Shown: piece by piece, positions 1-9,463 of the stretch
How the letters are laid out: each line of letters starts with the position of its first letter
Numbering within the stretch: position 1 is the stretch's first letter
Assembly (NCBI GenBank): GCA_963169885.1
Contig: CAUJFR010000414.1
Span: 1-50,936 of the forward strand
Direction of reading: 5' to 3'
Length of the DNA: 50,936 nucleotides
Origin: Bacteroidota bacterium
GTDB taxonomy: Bacteria > Bacteroidota > Bacteroidia > Chitinophagales > Chitinophagaceae
Made by a program: the position numbers and the translations under genes
The notes under the pieces: generated by a model
The model's database searches: none
What the model was told of the DNA's origin: nothing
The model's input: only the letters and a program-made list of their open reading frames with translations

Positions 1-1662
1 CCCGATTATGATTTCCTGGTGGATAAATTCATTGCCTCTGTAGATGGCTCAGGGTATTCAATCGGGAAAATTGTGGCAATCTGCGGGATGACCATTCTGG
101 TACTGGCCCTGCTCAGGGGATTTTTTCTGTTTCTCATGCGGCAAACAATCATCGTGATGAGCCGCTATATAGAATATGAGCAGAAAAATGAGGTTTTCAG
201 CCATTACCAGCGACTGGATATGGCTTTTTATAAAGCCCAGAGTACCGGCGATCTGATGAACCGGATTGCGGAGGATGTCAGTCGGGTGCGGATGTTTACC
301 GGACCGGCTATTATGTACCTCGCCAATCTGGTTTCTATAATATCCCTGAGCGTATTCTTTATGCTGAAAAGGGATCCGGAACTGACGATGTATGTACTGG
401 CTCCGTTACCTATCCTGGCCGTCACCATCTATTTTATCAATAACACGATCCACCGCAGAAGTGAAAAGATCCAGGAATCCCTTTCTCAACTGACCACCAA
501 TGCGCAGGAAACATACTCAGGGATCCGGGTGATTAAATCGTTTGTGCAGGAAAAAGCGATGATGGGCTTTTTTACCAAAAATGCGGAGGAGTTCAAGAAA
601 AATGTACTGGGGCTGGTTAAAGTAGAAGCGATCTATTTCCCCTCTATTACATTGCTTATCGGTCTCAGCACCCTGCTCACCATTATGATCGGGGGGCTGT
701 ACTATATTAAGGGAGGGCATGGTATCGGGGTCAATACCATCGTGGAATTTGTCATGTATATTAATATGCTCACTTTTCCGGTGAGCGCCATCGGCCTTAC
801 CGCCAGTATGATCCAGCGGGCGGCAGCTTCACAGAAGCGGATCAATGAATTTCTGGAAACGGAACCGGCGGTCAGGAATGGACAAGCGGATGAGAAAACC
901 ATCCTGAAAGGCGAAATCCGTTTTGAACAGGTGGATTTTGTTTACCCGAATACCGGCATCCGGGCCATACAGGATTTCAATCTGGCGATCAGGCCGGGGG
1001 AAAAAATTGCCATTGTAGGTCGTACCGGAAGTGGGAAAACCACCCTGGCCCAGCTGTTACTCCGGATGTTTGATGTAACGGGGGGGCGTATTGAACTGGA
1101 TGGGACGGATATCCGGCAAATCAACCTCGCTGATTTAAGGGAACAGATCAGTTATGTACCCCAGGATGTCTTCCTGTTCAGCGAAACGGTAGAGAAAAAT
1201 ATCGGGTTTGGTCTGACAGCTTTTGACCGTACCCAGGTGGAGCTGGCTGCCGGCAGGGCCAGTGTAGACAAGGAAATTGAGGGATTTTCAGCACGTTATG
1301 AGACCATGATCGGGGAGCGGGGTGTTACGCTGAGCGGGGGACAGAAACAGCGGATTTCCATTGCCAGGGCCCTGATCAAAGACCCGGAAATCGTGATTTT
1401 TGATGATTGCCTGAGTGCAGTGGATGCCAGTACCGAAAAAGCCATTATCAGTGGTCTCAACGAATACCTGGAAGCAAAAACAGCTATTATAATCACCCAC
1501 CGTATTTTCTCACTGTTCAATTTTGACAGGGTAGTGGTGCTGGAAAATGGAAGAATAACAGAAACCGGAACGCATGAAGAATTGCTGGCCGTGAACGGCT
1601 ATTATGCTTCTCTTTACAGGAAGCAACAGCAGGATAATGTACCAATGCCTCCGTCAGGCTGA
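1..1662 (+). CDS. ABC transporter fused permease/ATP-binding protein (MdlA/MsbA-like exporter), 5'-truncated by window edge
   Basis: Frame is open from base 1 (PDYDFLVDKF...); N-terminal TM helices; Walker A GRTGSGKT, signature LSGGQKQR, Walker B IVIFDD, H-loop ITHR. Confidence 0.92.
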   Translation, partial: PDYDFLVDKFIASVDGSGYSIGKIVAICGMTILVLALLRGFFLFLMRQTIIVMSRYIEYEQKNEVFSHYQRLDMAFYKAQSTGDLMNRIAEDVSRVRMFTGPAIMYLANLVSIISLSVFFMLKRDPELTMYVLAPLPILAVTIYFINNTIHRRSEKIQESLSQLTTNAQETYSGIRVIKSFVQEKAMMGFFTKNAEEFKKNVLGLVKVEAIYFPSITLLIGLSTLLTIMIGGLYYIKGGHGIGVNTIVEFVMYINMLTFPVSAIGLTASMIQRAAASQKRINEFLETEPAVRNGQADEKTILKGEIRFEQVDFVYPNTGIRAIQDFNLAIRPGEKIAIVGRTGSGKTTLAQLLLRMFDVTGGRIELDGTDIRQINLADLREQISYVPQDVFLFSETVEKNIGFGLTAFDRTQVELAAGRASVDKEIEGFSARYETMIGERGVTLSGGQKQRISIARALIKDPEIVIFDDCLSAVDASTEKAIISGLNEYLEAKTAIIITHRIFSLFNFDRVVVLENGRITETGTHEELLAVNGYYASLYRKQQQDNVPMPPSG

Positions 1663-1716
1663 GCGGGTTAGTAATAAAAAGACCTTGCGGTCTCTTGAAA
1701 CAAAGTCGGATGGCGA

Positions 1717-1747
1717 TTTGGCCGTTTCGAAAACATCTCTATATTTG
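1717..1747 (+). promoter_or_regulatory. Bacteroidota primary-sigma promoter (-33/-7) for the DUF3276 gene
   Basis: TTTG (1717-1720), 19-nt spacer, TATATTTG (1740-1747), 47 nt upstream of the GTG start. Confidence 0.7.
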
Positions 1748-1794
1748 TAGCACCCAAAACCAAAGTAATTCATTAACTGCTAAAAACTTATACA

Positions 1795-2244
1795 GTGGCG
1801 TACGAGAACAATGATAAGAAAATGGAGAGCATCTACAGTAAACGGATCCGTGCCGGGAAAAGAAGAACTTATTTCTTCGATGTAAGAGCTACCCGTGGCA
1901 ATGATTATTACCTCACTATTACAGAAAGCCGGAAAAGGTTTGATGATAATGGATATGACCGCCACAAAGTATTCTTATATAAGGAAGACTTCAACAAGTT
2001 TATCAAAGCCCTTGGTGAGGCGGTGGATTATGTGAAAACAGAACTGATGCCCGATTTTGATTTTGACGCATTCAACCATGAAGATTCAGATGAGTATAAT
2101 AATGGAATAGAAGGCGGGACTGTTGAAGCCAGTACACAGGAAACAGTTTCAGCTTCCATTGATGAAGTTCCTGCCTCTTCAGCCCCGGTTGCCGAGTCAG
2201 GCACCGAATCAGGAACAGCAGCTGAAGAAGTAGATAAATGGTAA
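1795..2244 (+). CDS. DUF3276 / PUR-family DNA/RNA-binding protein
   Basis: YSKRIRAGKRRTYFFDV...DYYLTITES...RHKVFLYKEDF motif; acidic disordered C-terminal tail. Confidence 0.88.
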   Translation: MAYENNDKKMESIYSKRIRAGKRRTYFFDVRATRGNDYYLTITESRKRFDDNGYDRHKVFLYKEDFNKFIKALGEAVDYVKTELMPDFDFDAFNHEDSDEYNNGIEGGTVEASTQETVSASIDEVPASSAPVAESGTESGTAAEEVDKW

Positions 2245-2264
2245 TCTATCAACGATTTTATATT

Positions 2265-2295
2265 AAAAGTACCTGAAAAAACAGGTGCTTTTTTT
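2265..2295 (+). terminator. Intrinsic terminator
   Basis: AAAAGTACCTG-loop-CAGGTGCTTTT stem followed by a T run, 20 nt after the stop. Confidence 0.75.
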
Positions 2296-2433
2296 ATTAT
2301 ATATGTTTCGTCTGCGTAAATTTTACAGAAATTTTCACTTTTTATTCGCAGATAACAAAAAAAAACTAACTTAGTTCCGGATTATGGACTTTCTCCTTTC
2401 TCAAGGAGTGCTTATCAACATAAAATTGTTTCT

Positions 2434-5400
2434 ATGCAACCAAAATTTACGCTTAAAAAACGTGGGGTTTTTTATTTCCTAACCCCGCTGTTCATTGCTG
2501 TTTTCTCCCTCTTTGCAGGGACCACAAATGCCCAGACAGTTTCTACTGCATCTGGTACAAATTTCAATGGAGATTACTCCATTAACAACCCTGCACCACT
2601 GGTGCAGACTTTCGTTATTGAAAATGCGAATGCCACTCCGAGAGTATTCACAGATCTGAGCATGCAGATGGCGCCTTATTTTACTTCTGTTGCCGGTTCT
2701 ACTTCTAACATCACGCTTTATTACAGTTCCACTTCTTTATCCGGACCTGTAACTACTGTAGGTGCACCTGACTGGATTCAGATTGCCACAGGTACTGCTA
2801 CGGTTCCTGCGGCGCTGGCCACTGTACCTATTTTAACAGGTATGACTTTTCTAATTCCCGCTAATACCCAATACCGTTTTGCAGTGGTAGCTTCAACGGG
2901 TATGGCCTTTTCGTTTTCACCCACACCTACACCGAATACTTTTACAGTAAGCGGAGTAAGCCTTAAAGTTGGTAATGCGCAGATCGCTGCCCAGAATGTG
3001 GGTTATGCCGGTGTATTTCCCGCATTGCCTTCCGGTAACACCCCTGCATTTTTTGGCGGTAGTGTAACCTTGTCTGCTAACTTCCCTTGCGCAGGTACAC
3101 CTGCTCCTGGAAATACAGTATCTACCTTGGCTTCGGTTTGTCCTGGTACAAACTTTACATTGTCTCTTGAGACACTGACAGACGGTACTGGCGTAACTTA
3201 CCAGTGGCAGTCTTCTCCTGATGGAACCACCTGGTCTAATATCTCGGGTGCTACTGGTGCCACTTATACCACTACACTGACAGCTGCCACTTATTACCGT
3301 TGTAATGTAACCTGCTCTGGTAATACCACTGCATCCAATCCATTAGAGGTAGCCCTGACACCTCCTTCAGGTTGTTATTGTACGCCTGCTGCATCTGATT
3401 GTTCTGACGATGATGTGATCACCCGTGTTCGTATCAGCACCTTAGACAATTCATCTGCCTGTAGCCCGACTGGCTATGTTAACTATACCAATACATTACC
3501 TGCACCGATCGTTTATTCTGGCGCAGCGAATCCTATTACTGTAAATGTTCCAACAACCTGGACAGAGCAAGTTGCAGTATGGATCGATTATAACCAGAAC
3601 GGACAGTTTGAAAATTCTGAATTCACCAATCTTGGAAGTAACGTAGGTAATGGTGGAGTAATCACTGCCAATATTGCAATCCCTGCCGGACTGCCAAACA
3701 TCACTACACGTATGCGGGTAAGGGTTCGTTTCAGCACCGCCTGGACCAGTGGCCTGGCCTGTTCTACTATCACTTTTGGTGAAACAGAAGATTATAATGT
3801 AACGATTGCTCCTTGTGTTCCTGTTACAATTACCAGCAACCCCGCAACAACTGTAACCACTACATGCGGCAGCAATGCCAGCTTTACTGTGGCAGCTACT
3901 GGTACACTTCCTGTTTACGGATGGGAATGGAGACCAAATAGTACTTCTGCATGGCAGAATGTTACCAATGGTGGTGTTTATTCAGGTGCAACTACTGCAA
4001 CACTGACTCTCACAAACGTTACTGCTGCTTTCAACGGCTACCAGTACCGTGCATTAGTTTCCGGTGGTTGTTCAGCTGTTGATTTTTCAACAACTTCTAC
4101 TTTAACAGTTAATGCAATTCAACCTGTTGTGAGCCCTGCTTCTGCCAGCATCTGTCTGGGTAGTGTTCAGCAACTGTCATTAACCAATATTGTATCTGCA
4201 CCGACTACAACAACCTTTACAGCTTCTGCTGGTTTGCCACTGGCTATTCCTGATGCCACACCTAATGGTGTCTGGAATTCAGTGAACGTAAGTGGTATTC
4301 CTAACGGTTCTGTTATTACAGACGTAAGTCTCCGCCTTAATATCAACCATACATGGGTAGGTGACCTCGAAATCAACCTGCTTGCTCCGAATGGTGCAAA
4401 CATGAACCTGATAGCTGAGCTGGATGGTGGTACTGGTAGTAATGGTACTGATAACTTTACCAATACGGTGATCAGTTCGACTGGTACAGTTGCACTGAGT
4501 GGTTTTGCTGCTCCACGTACTGGTACTTTCAGGGCTGACCGTCTCCAGTTCTACGGACCTTCTGTAGGACCTGGTGGTTCAGGAACAGGGTATCAGACTG
4601 TAGCCGGTATGGACTGGCCAACACTCCTGACTACCATTAACGGTACCTGGAACCTCGGTCTGTCTGACTGGTTTAATGGTGATCAGGGAACCCTGACGGG
4701 CTGGTCATTGGCCATTACTTATGTTGCACCGAACTTTGCACAAGGAACATGGGCTGGTCCTGCCGGTACGATCTTTACTGATGCTGCAGCAACCACAGCT
4801 TATACTGGAACTCCTGCAACTTCAGTGTATGTGTTACCGACTGCCACTGGTGTGAACAATTACACCGTGTCTTTCACCACACCGACACCTTGTACTTCTG
4901 CAACCACAACAGTCCCTGTTACTGTCAGCGCACCGATCACTGCTACAACTGTAACGCCGGCCACACGTGCCGTATGTCTTGGTGGTAGCACTACATTCGG
5001 TTCTACAGTTACAGGTGGCACCAATACCACTTATCAATGGCAGCGCAGCACCGATGCTGGTCTGACCTGGAGCAATATCAGCGGTGCTACTTCAGCAACA
5101 CTGACTGTTTCTAATGTAACTTCTGGTATGACCGGTTATCGCTACAGAGTAGTTGCCACCAGCGGTGCTTGCGGAAGCTTCACTTCAACCAACTTTGGTA
5201 CCTTGACAGTGAATGCACTGCCTGTTGTAACAATCGCTTCACCTGTGGTGAATGTGGTTCCGGGTACGACAACCAATGTTACCGGTTCAAGCACACCTGC
5301 TGCCGCTGCAACAAACAGCTGGAGCTGGACACTGAATGGTGCTCCGCTGACTGGTAATACTAACACACAAACGGCTTCAGTGGATGCACTGGGAACTTAC

Positions 5401-5742
5401 CAGGCTACTGTAACGGATGTGAATGGTTGCGTAAATGCATCTAACCAACTGGTAATCGGTGCAGAAGCTTCAGATAAACTCTGGATCTATCCGAACCCGA
5501 CTCCGGGTGCCTTCCAGGTACGTTTGTACTATGCAGGCAATACTGCTGAAAAGCGTATTGTTTCCATCTACAATCCGAAAGGCCAGCTGATCACCAGCCG
5601 TACATTTGACCTGAACTACCGGTCTACGCCTTACCTGAGCATGAACTTTGATCTGAGCGGAATGGCCCGCGGAACTTATGTGGTGAAAGTAGCCCATGAG
5701 TACAGCGGTAAAGTAATCTCCGGTCTGGTTCTGGTTCACTAA
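2434..5742 (+). CDS. Large T9SS-secreted surface protein (Ig-like repeats, GEVED domain, proprotein-convertase P-domain, type A CTD)
   Basis: Signal peptide ending TNA-Q; VWIDYNQNGQFE...GETEDY (GEVED); INHTWVGDL...NGTWNL...L.GWSL (P-domain); repeated YQWQ.S.D..TWSNISGAT Ig modules; CTD IYPNP...G.Y.VKV; Thr/Ser/Gly-rich. Confidence 0.88.
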   Translation: MQPKFTLKKRGVFYFLTPLFIAVFSLFAGTTNAQTVSTASGTNFNGDYSINNPAPLVQTFVIENANATPRVFTDLSMQMAPYFTSVAGSTSNITLYYSSTSLSGPVTTVGAPDWIQIATGTATVPAALATVPILTGMTFLIPANTQYRFAVVASTGMAFSFSPTPTPNTFTVSGVSLKVGNAQIAAQNVGYAGVFPALPSGNTPAFFGGSVTLSANFPCAGTPAPGNTVSTLASVCPGTNFTLSLETLTDGTGVTYQWQSSPDGTTWSNISGATGATYTTTLTAATYYRCNVTCSGNTTASNPLEVALTPPSGCYCTPAASDCSDDDVITRVRISTLDNSSACSPTGYVNYTNTLPAPIVYSGAANPITVNVPTTWTEQVAVWIDYNQNGQFENSEFTNLGSNVGNGGVITANIAIPAGLPNITTRMRVRVRFSTAWTSGLACSTITFGETEDYNVTIAPCVPVTITSNPATTVTTTCGSNASFTVAATGTLPVYGWEWRPNSTSAWQNVTNGGVYSGATTATLTLTNVTAAFNGYQYRALVSGGCSAVDFSTTSTLTVNAIQPVVSPASASICLGSVQQLSLTNIVSAPTTTTFTASAGLPLAIPDATPNGVWNSVNVSGIPNGSVITDVSLRLNINHTWVGDLEINLLAPNGANMNLIAELDGGTGSNGTDNFTNTVISSTGTVALSGFAAPRTGTFRADRLQFYGPSVGPGGSGTGYQTVAGMDWPTLLTTINGTWNLGLSDWFNGDQGTLTGWSLAITYVAPNFAQGTWAGPAGTIFTDAAATTAYTGTPATSVYVLPTATGVNNYTVSFTTPTPCTSATTTVPVTVSAPITATTVTPATRAVCLGGSTTFGSTVTGGTNTTYQWQRSTDAGLTWSNISGATSATLTVSNVTSGMTGYRYRVVATSGACGSFTSTNFGTLTVNALPVVTIASPVVNVVPGTTTNVTGSSTPAAAATNSWSWTLNGAPLTGNTNTQTASVDALGTYQATVTDVNGCVNASNQLVIGAEASDKLWIYPNPTPGAFQVRLYYAGNTAEKRIVSIYNPKGQLITSRTFDLNYRSTPYLSMNFDLSGMARGTYVVKVAHEYSGKVISGLVLVH

Positions 5743-5770
5743 GATGAAGTAGTATCAAATCTCTTAATAC

Positions 5771-5801
5771 AAAGCCCTCCGGTCAACGGAGGGCTTTTTT
5801 T
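5771..5801 (+). terminator. Intrinsic terminator
   Basis: AAAGCCCTCCG-GTCAA-CGGAGGGCTTT plus T run. Confidence 0.85.
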
Positions 5802-5856
5802 ATGGATCGCAGATTGTCTTCGTCTTTATAAAATGGAATTAAAGCGCTCAAAGAAT

Positions 5857-6268
5857 CGGCATAGCCGCCATCCGCTTCGCGGAATTTTTTAACACATAGG
5901 TTTATTTTTTCACTAAAGTTCTTATAGCATTATAAACACCGCAGACCTAAAGGGGGAACACTCTATAAGGATAACATAGGAGAGACATAGAAATACAAGT
6001 TCTTTCTATGTCTCTCCTATGTCTCTATGTAACTATGTGTTAAAAAAGCGGCGAAGCCGTCATCAGCTAAGCGGAATTTTTAACACATAGGTTTAGTTTT
6101 CTCACTAAAGATCAAAAGTTCTTATAAATATTACTGACCTAAAGCAGGGCGGCTCTATAAGAATACCACAGGAGACACATAGAAATACAAGTTCTTTCTA
6201 TGTGTCTCCTATGTCTCTATGTAACTATGTGTTAAAAAAGCGGCGAAGCCGCCATCCGCTAAGCGGAT
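5857..6268. repeat. Tandem pair of 163-bp MITE/REP-like structured elements (192-bp period) separated and flanked by three GC-rich double-hairpin linkers
   Basis: Units 5885-6047 and 6077-6239, each bounded by TTTTTAACACATAG / CTATGTGTTAAAAA; internal perfect stems of 20 bp and 16 bp; linkers resembling CGGCGAAGCCG-CCA-TCCGCTAAGCGGA at about 5857, 6049 and 6241. Confidence 0.9.
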
Positions 6269-6289
6269 ACATATGATCTATTCGGTTAT

Positions 6290-6667
6290 TTACAACGCCG
6301 GATTGGGGATACTACCCGGCTTTTCAGGTTGGATCTGTTCTTTTTTATACGGAAGTACCGGCATGGTATACAGGAGCTGATTCCCTGGTTTTACACAGGG
6401 CATCCGGTCGGTTGGTAAACGGAATACCAGATCGCCATTGGGTAATTGATAATCCAGTTGCCCTTTAAGGTCTTTACTTTCAGGCTGGATGATCGGTTTT
6501 GGTGCAGGATTTAATTGCTTTTGTAAAAATTCCGAAGACCATTTCATCTTGTGCAGAGATGAATCGTACCGGTACCGGATGAGCTCATCCAGCTCAATTG
6601 TTTCTTTTTGCTGACCTGCAATTGAAGTAACGGCCAGCAGGCCAATGGAAAGAAAGACTGCTTTCAT
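6290..6667 (-). CDS. Hypothetical exported protein
   Basis: Start moved to ATG 6667 (MKAVFLSIGLLAV..., signal-peptide-like), which avoids overlap with pgi; Pro-rich C-terminal half with LPTDRMPCVKP. Confidence 0.65.
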   Translation of the reverse strand: MKAVFLSIGLLAVTSIAGQQKETIELDELIRYRYDSSLHKMKWSSEFLQKQLNPAPKPIIQPESKDLKGQLDYQLPNGDLVFRLPTDRMPCVKPGNQLLYTMPVLPYKKEQIQPEKPGSIPNPAL

Positions 6668-6696
6668 AAAACAAGGGTTTAAAACTAATATAGCCA

Positions 6697-8346
6697 CTAT
6701 TTCATTTTTTTCCAACTATTGATCAGTCCGTTGGTCGAAGCGTCATGATTCGTGACCGGCGTTTTGCCTTTCAATTCGGGTAATATTTTATTGGCCAGTT
6801 GCTTACCGAGTTCCACGCCCCATTGGTCAAAACTGTAAATGTTCCAGATCACTCCTTGTGCAAAGATCTTGTGTTCATACATAGCAATCAGCTCGCCCAG
6901 CGTAAAAGGGGTGATTTTTTTAAGTAAAATGGAGTTAGTGGGCCGGTTGCCATTAAATATTTTAAAGGGGAGTAACCGGGCAATTTCCTCTGTACTCAGA
7001 CCTTGTTTCTCCAGCTCTGCTTCCGCCTCTGCTTCTGTTTTTCCATTCATCAGGGCTTCGGTCTGGGCAAAGAAATTACTCAGCAGTTTTACATGGTGAT
7101 CGCCAACCGGATTATGCGATTGTGCCGGGGCAATAAAATCACAGGGAATCAGCGGGGTGCCCTGGTGGATCAGCTGATAGAAAGCATGTTGTCCGTTCGT
7201 GCCGGGTTCCCCCCAGATTACCGGGCCAGTGGCATACTCAACGGGTTCGCCATTCCGGTCCACACTTTTACCGTTACTTTCCATATTGCCTTGCTGAAAA
7301 TAGGCGGCAAACCGATGCAGGTATTGATCATATGGAAGAATCGCTTCAGACTGGGCACCAAAGAAGTTGGTATACCAGATACCCGTCAGGGCCATGATCA
7401 CCGGTATGTTTTTATCAAAAGGAGCTGTGGCAAAATGTTCATCAACATGATGGGCCCCCTTGAGCAACTGTTCAAAATTTTTATAGCCAATAGTCAGCGC
7501 AATGGACAGTCCAATGGCACTCCAGAGTGAATAACGTCCACCAACCCAGTCCCAGAATTCAAACATATTGTTCTTATCTATTCCGAATTTCACCACTTCC
7601 TTTTCATTCGTGCTCAGGGCTGCAAAATGTTTGGCCACATATGTTTCCTTTTTCGCTTTTTTGAGGAACCAGTCACGGGCCGTCAGGGCATTGGTCATGG
7701 TTTCCTGGGTAGTGAACGTTTTAGAAGCGACCAGGAAAAGTGTACGTTCGGGATCCACTTTTTTCAGGGTTTCCGAAATATGGGTGCCATCGACATTGGA
7801 TACAAAAAACGTTTCAATCCCCTCCATCCAATAAGGTTTCAGTGCCTCCGTTACCATCAGCGGCCCCAGGTCACTTCCACCAATACCGATATTGACAATG
7901 TACTTTATTTTCTTATTGGTATACCCACGGTGTTTCCCGCTATGGATCTGCTCACAGAACCCCTTCATTTTTTTGAGCACTTTCTTAATGCCGGGCATTA
8001 CATCCACCCCCTGCGTGAATACCGGCTTACCAGAAAAATTGCGGAGGGCTGTATGCAGGACTGCCCGTTTTTCAGTCGCATTGATCTGCTCCCCGTTAAA
8101 CATCGATTGAATTGCTTCAGGGAGTTTACACGACATTGCCAGTTCATTGAGCAACTGCAGGGTTTGCTCATTCAGGATATTCTTTGAATAATCGAAAACA
8201 AGGTCCTTTGTACAGAGTGAATATTTCAGAAACCGCTCGTTATCCTGCCGGAATAATTCACGCATACTGGTCTGGCTGATCTCCGCCTGGTGTGCTTTCA
8301 GCTTTTTCCAGGCATTGGTTTGTGTGGGGTTGATACGGGGTAACAT
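6697..8346 (-). CDS. pgi: Glucose-6-phosphate isomerase
   Basis: [58 protein letters not shown] motifs. Confidence 0.98.
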   Translation of the reverse strand: MLPRINPTQTNAWKKLKAHQAEISQTSMRELFRQDNERFLKYSLCTKDLVFDYSKNILNEQTLQLLNELAMSCKLPEAIQSMFNGEQINATEKRAVLHTALRNFSGKPVFTQGVDVMPGIKKVLKKMKGFCEQIHSGKHRGYTNKKIKYIVNIGIGGSDLGPLMVTEALKPYWMEGIETFFVSNVDGTHISETLKKVDPERTLFLVASKTFTTQETMTNALTARDWFLKKAKKETYVAKHFAALSTNEKEVVKFGIDKNNMFEFWDWVGGRYSLWSAIGLSIALTIGYKNFEQLLKGAHHVDEHFATAPFDKNIPVIMALTGIWYTNFFGAQSEAILPYDQYLHRFAAYFQQGNMESNGKSVDRNGEPVEYATGPVIWGEPGTNGQHAFYQLIHQGTPLIPCDFIAPAQSHNPVGDHHVKLLSNFFAQTEALMNGKTEAEAEAELEKQGLSTEEIARLLPFKIFNGNRPTNSILLKKITPFTLGELIAMYEHKIFAQGVIWNIYSFDQWGVELGKQLANKILPELKGKTPVTNHDASTNGLINSWKKMK

Positions 8347-8350
8347 GATT

Positions 8351-9367
8351 TTATAATTGGTTGAATACTTGAATTGTTTTTTCGGTCATGGCCGGGGTGA
8401 TGTCCAGGTGTGTCACTAACCTTACCCGGTTTGGTGAAATGGCATATCCCAGAATATCCTGTTCTTTCAGGCGGGCAACCAGTTGCGGGGCCGTCAGGCT
8501 TTCATCGAGCTCAAAAATGATGATATTGGTTTCCACCGGTAACATCATTTTGACAAAACTGCGGGATGAAATAGCCGTTGCAATCGCTTTGGCATTTGCA
8601 TGATCTTCTTTCAGTCTTTCTATATGATGCTCCAGGGCGTAGATGCCAGCAGCCGCCATAAAACCACCTTGCCGCATGCCACCTCCGAATACTTTTCGGT
8701 ATCGTTTTGCTTTTTTGATAAAGTCCTTGGTGCCCAGCAATAAACTGCCTACGGGACATCCCAGGCTTTTACTCAGACAAACTGAGATACTGTCAAATAC
8801 TTTACCATAATGCAGGGGATCTTCTTTCCTGGCCACGATTGCGTTCCAGAGACGGGCTCCATCCAGGTGAAAAGCCAGGTCATGCCGCATACATACCTGT
8901 TGTATCGCCTGTATTTCGCTGAACGTATAACAACTGCCACCTCCCCGGTTACTGGTATTTTCCAGGGATACCATACGGGTATGGGCCCGGTGTACATCGT
9001 CGGGCTGGATCGCTTCTTCCACCTGGCGGGCGTTAATCCGGCCCCGGTCACCATATAATAATTTGACAGAGGCTCCTGAGTTCAATGCAATCCCGCCTCC
9101 CTCATACTGATAAATATGGGAGCTCTCATCACAAATCACTTCGTCACCGGGTTGGGTATGGCATTTAATCGCAATCTGGTTGGTCATGGTGCCGGAAGGG
9201 CAAAATAAAGCCGCTTCCATACCAAACAGGTCAGCGGTCATTTCCTGGAGGGTATTAATGGAGGGATCCTCCCCAAACACATCGTCTCCCACCGGAGCTT
9301 TCATCATCGCTTCCTGCATTCCCGGGGTGGGGCGGGTAACCGTATCCGACCTGAAATCGATACTCAT
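8351..9367 (-). CDS. ltaE: Low-specificity L-threonine aldolase (PLP-dependent)
   Basis: [44 protein letters not shown] (PLP Lys), GGGMRQ. Confidence 0.92.
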   Translation of the reverse strand: MSIDFRSDTVTRPTPGMQEAMMKAPVGDDVFGEDPSINTLQEMTADLFGMEAALFCPSGTMTNQIAIKCHTQPGDEVICDESSHIYQYEGGGIALNSGASVKLLYGDRGRINARQVEEAIQPDDVHRAHTRMVSLENTSNRGGGSCYTFSEIQAIQQVCMRHDLAFHLDGARLWNAIVARKEDPLHYGKVFDSISVCLSKSLGCPVGSLLLGTKDFIKKAKRYRKVFGGGMRQGGFMAAAGIYALEHHIERLKEDHANAKAIATAISSRSFVKMMLPVETNIIIFELDESLTAPQLVARLKEQDILGYAISPNRVRLVTHLDITPAMTEKTIQVFNQL

Positions 9368-9389
9368 TTTTAAATTTTATGCAAGATAA

Positions 9390-9419
9390 TCAGTTCACAC
9401 CTGAAATAGGGTAGTTGGC
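9390..9419 (+). promoter_or_regulatory. Possible LytTR-binding direct repeat upstream of the kinase gene (autoregulation)
   Basis: TCAGTTCAC-N12-GTAGTTGGC, 21-bp period; second half-site is degenerate. Confidence 0.4.
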
Positions 9420-9463
9420 GGGTAAACGCTCATTTTTAGGCCCGGTTTTAATATCTTGCCCCC

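Noticed and set aside
5857-6268. CRISPR array (three ~28-nt palindromic repeats)
   Set aside because: The intervening segments are 163 bp and homologous to each other, the repeats are degenerate, and there are no cas genes in the window
6839-8187. Long antisense or alternate-frame ORFs (e.g. 7003-7530, 7627-8187; also 13271-13972, 14363-14974, 46357-46974, 48577-49257)
   Set aside because: They lie within well-supported genes and have no recognisable motifs; shadow ORFs
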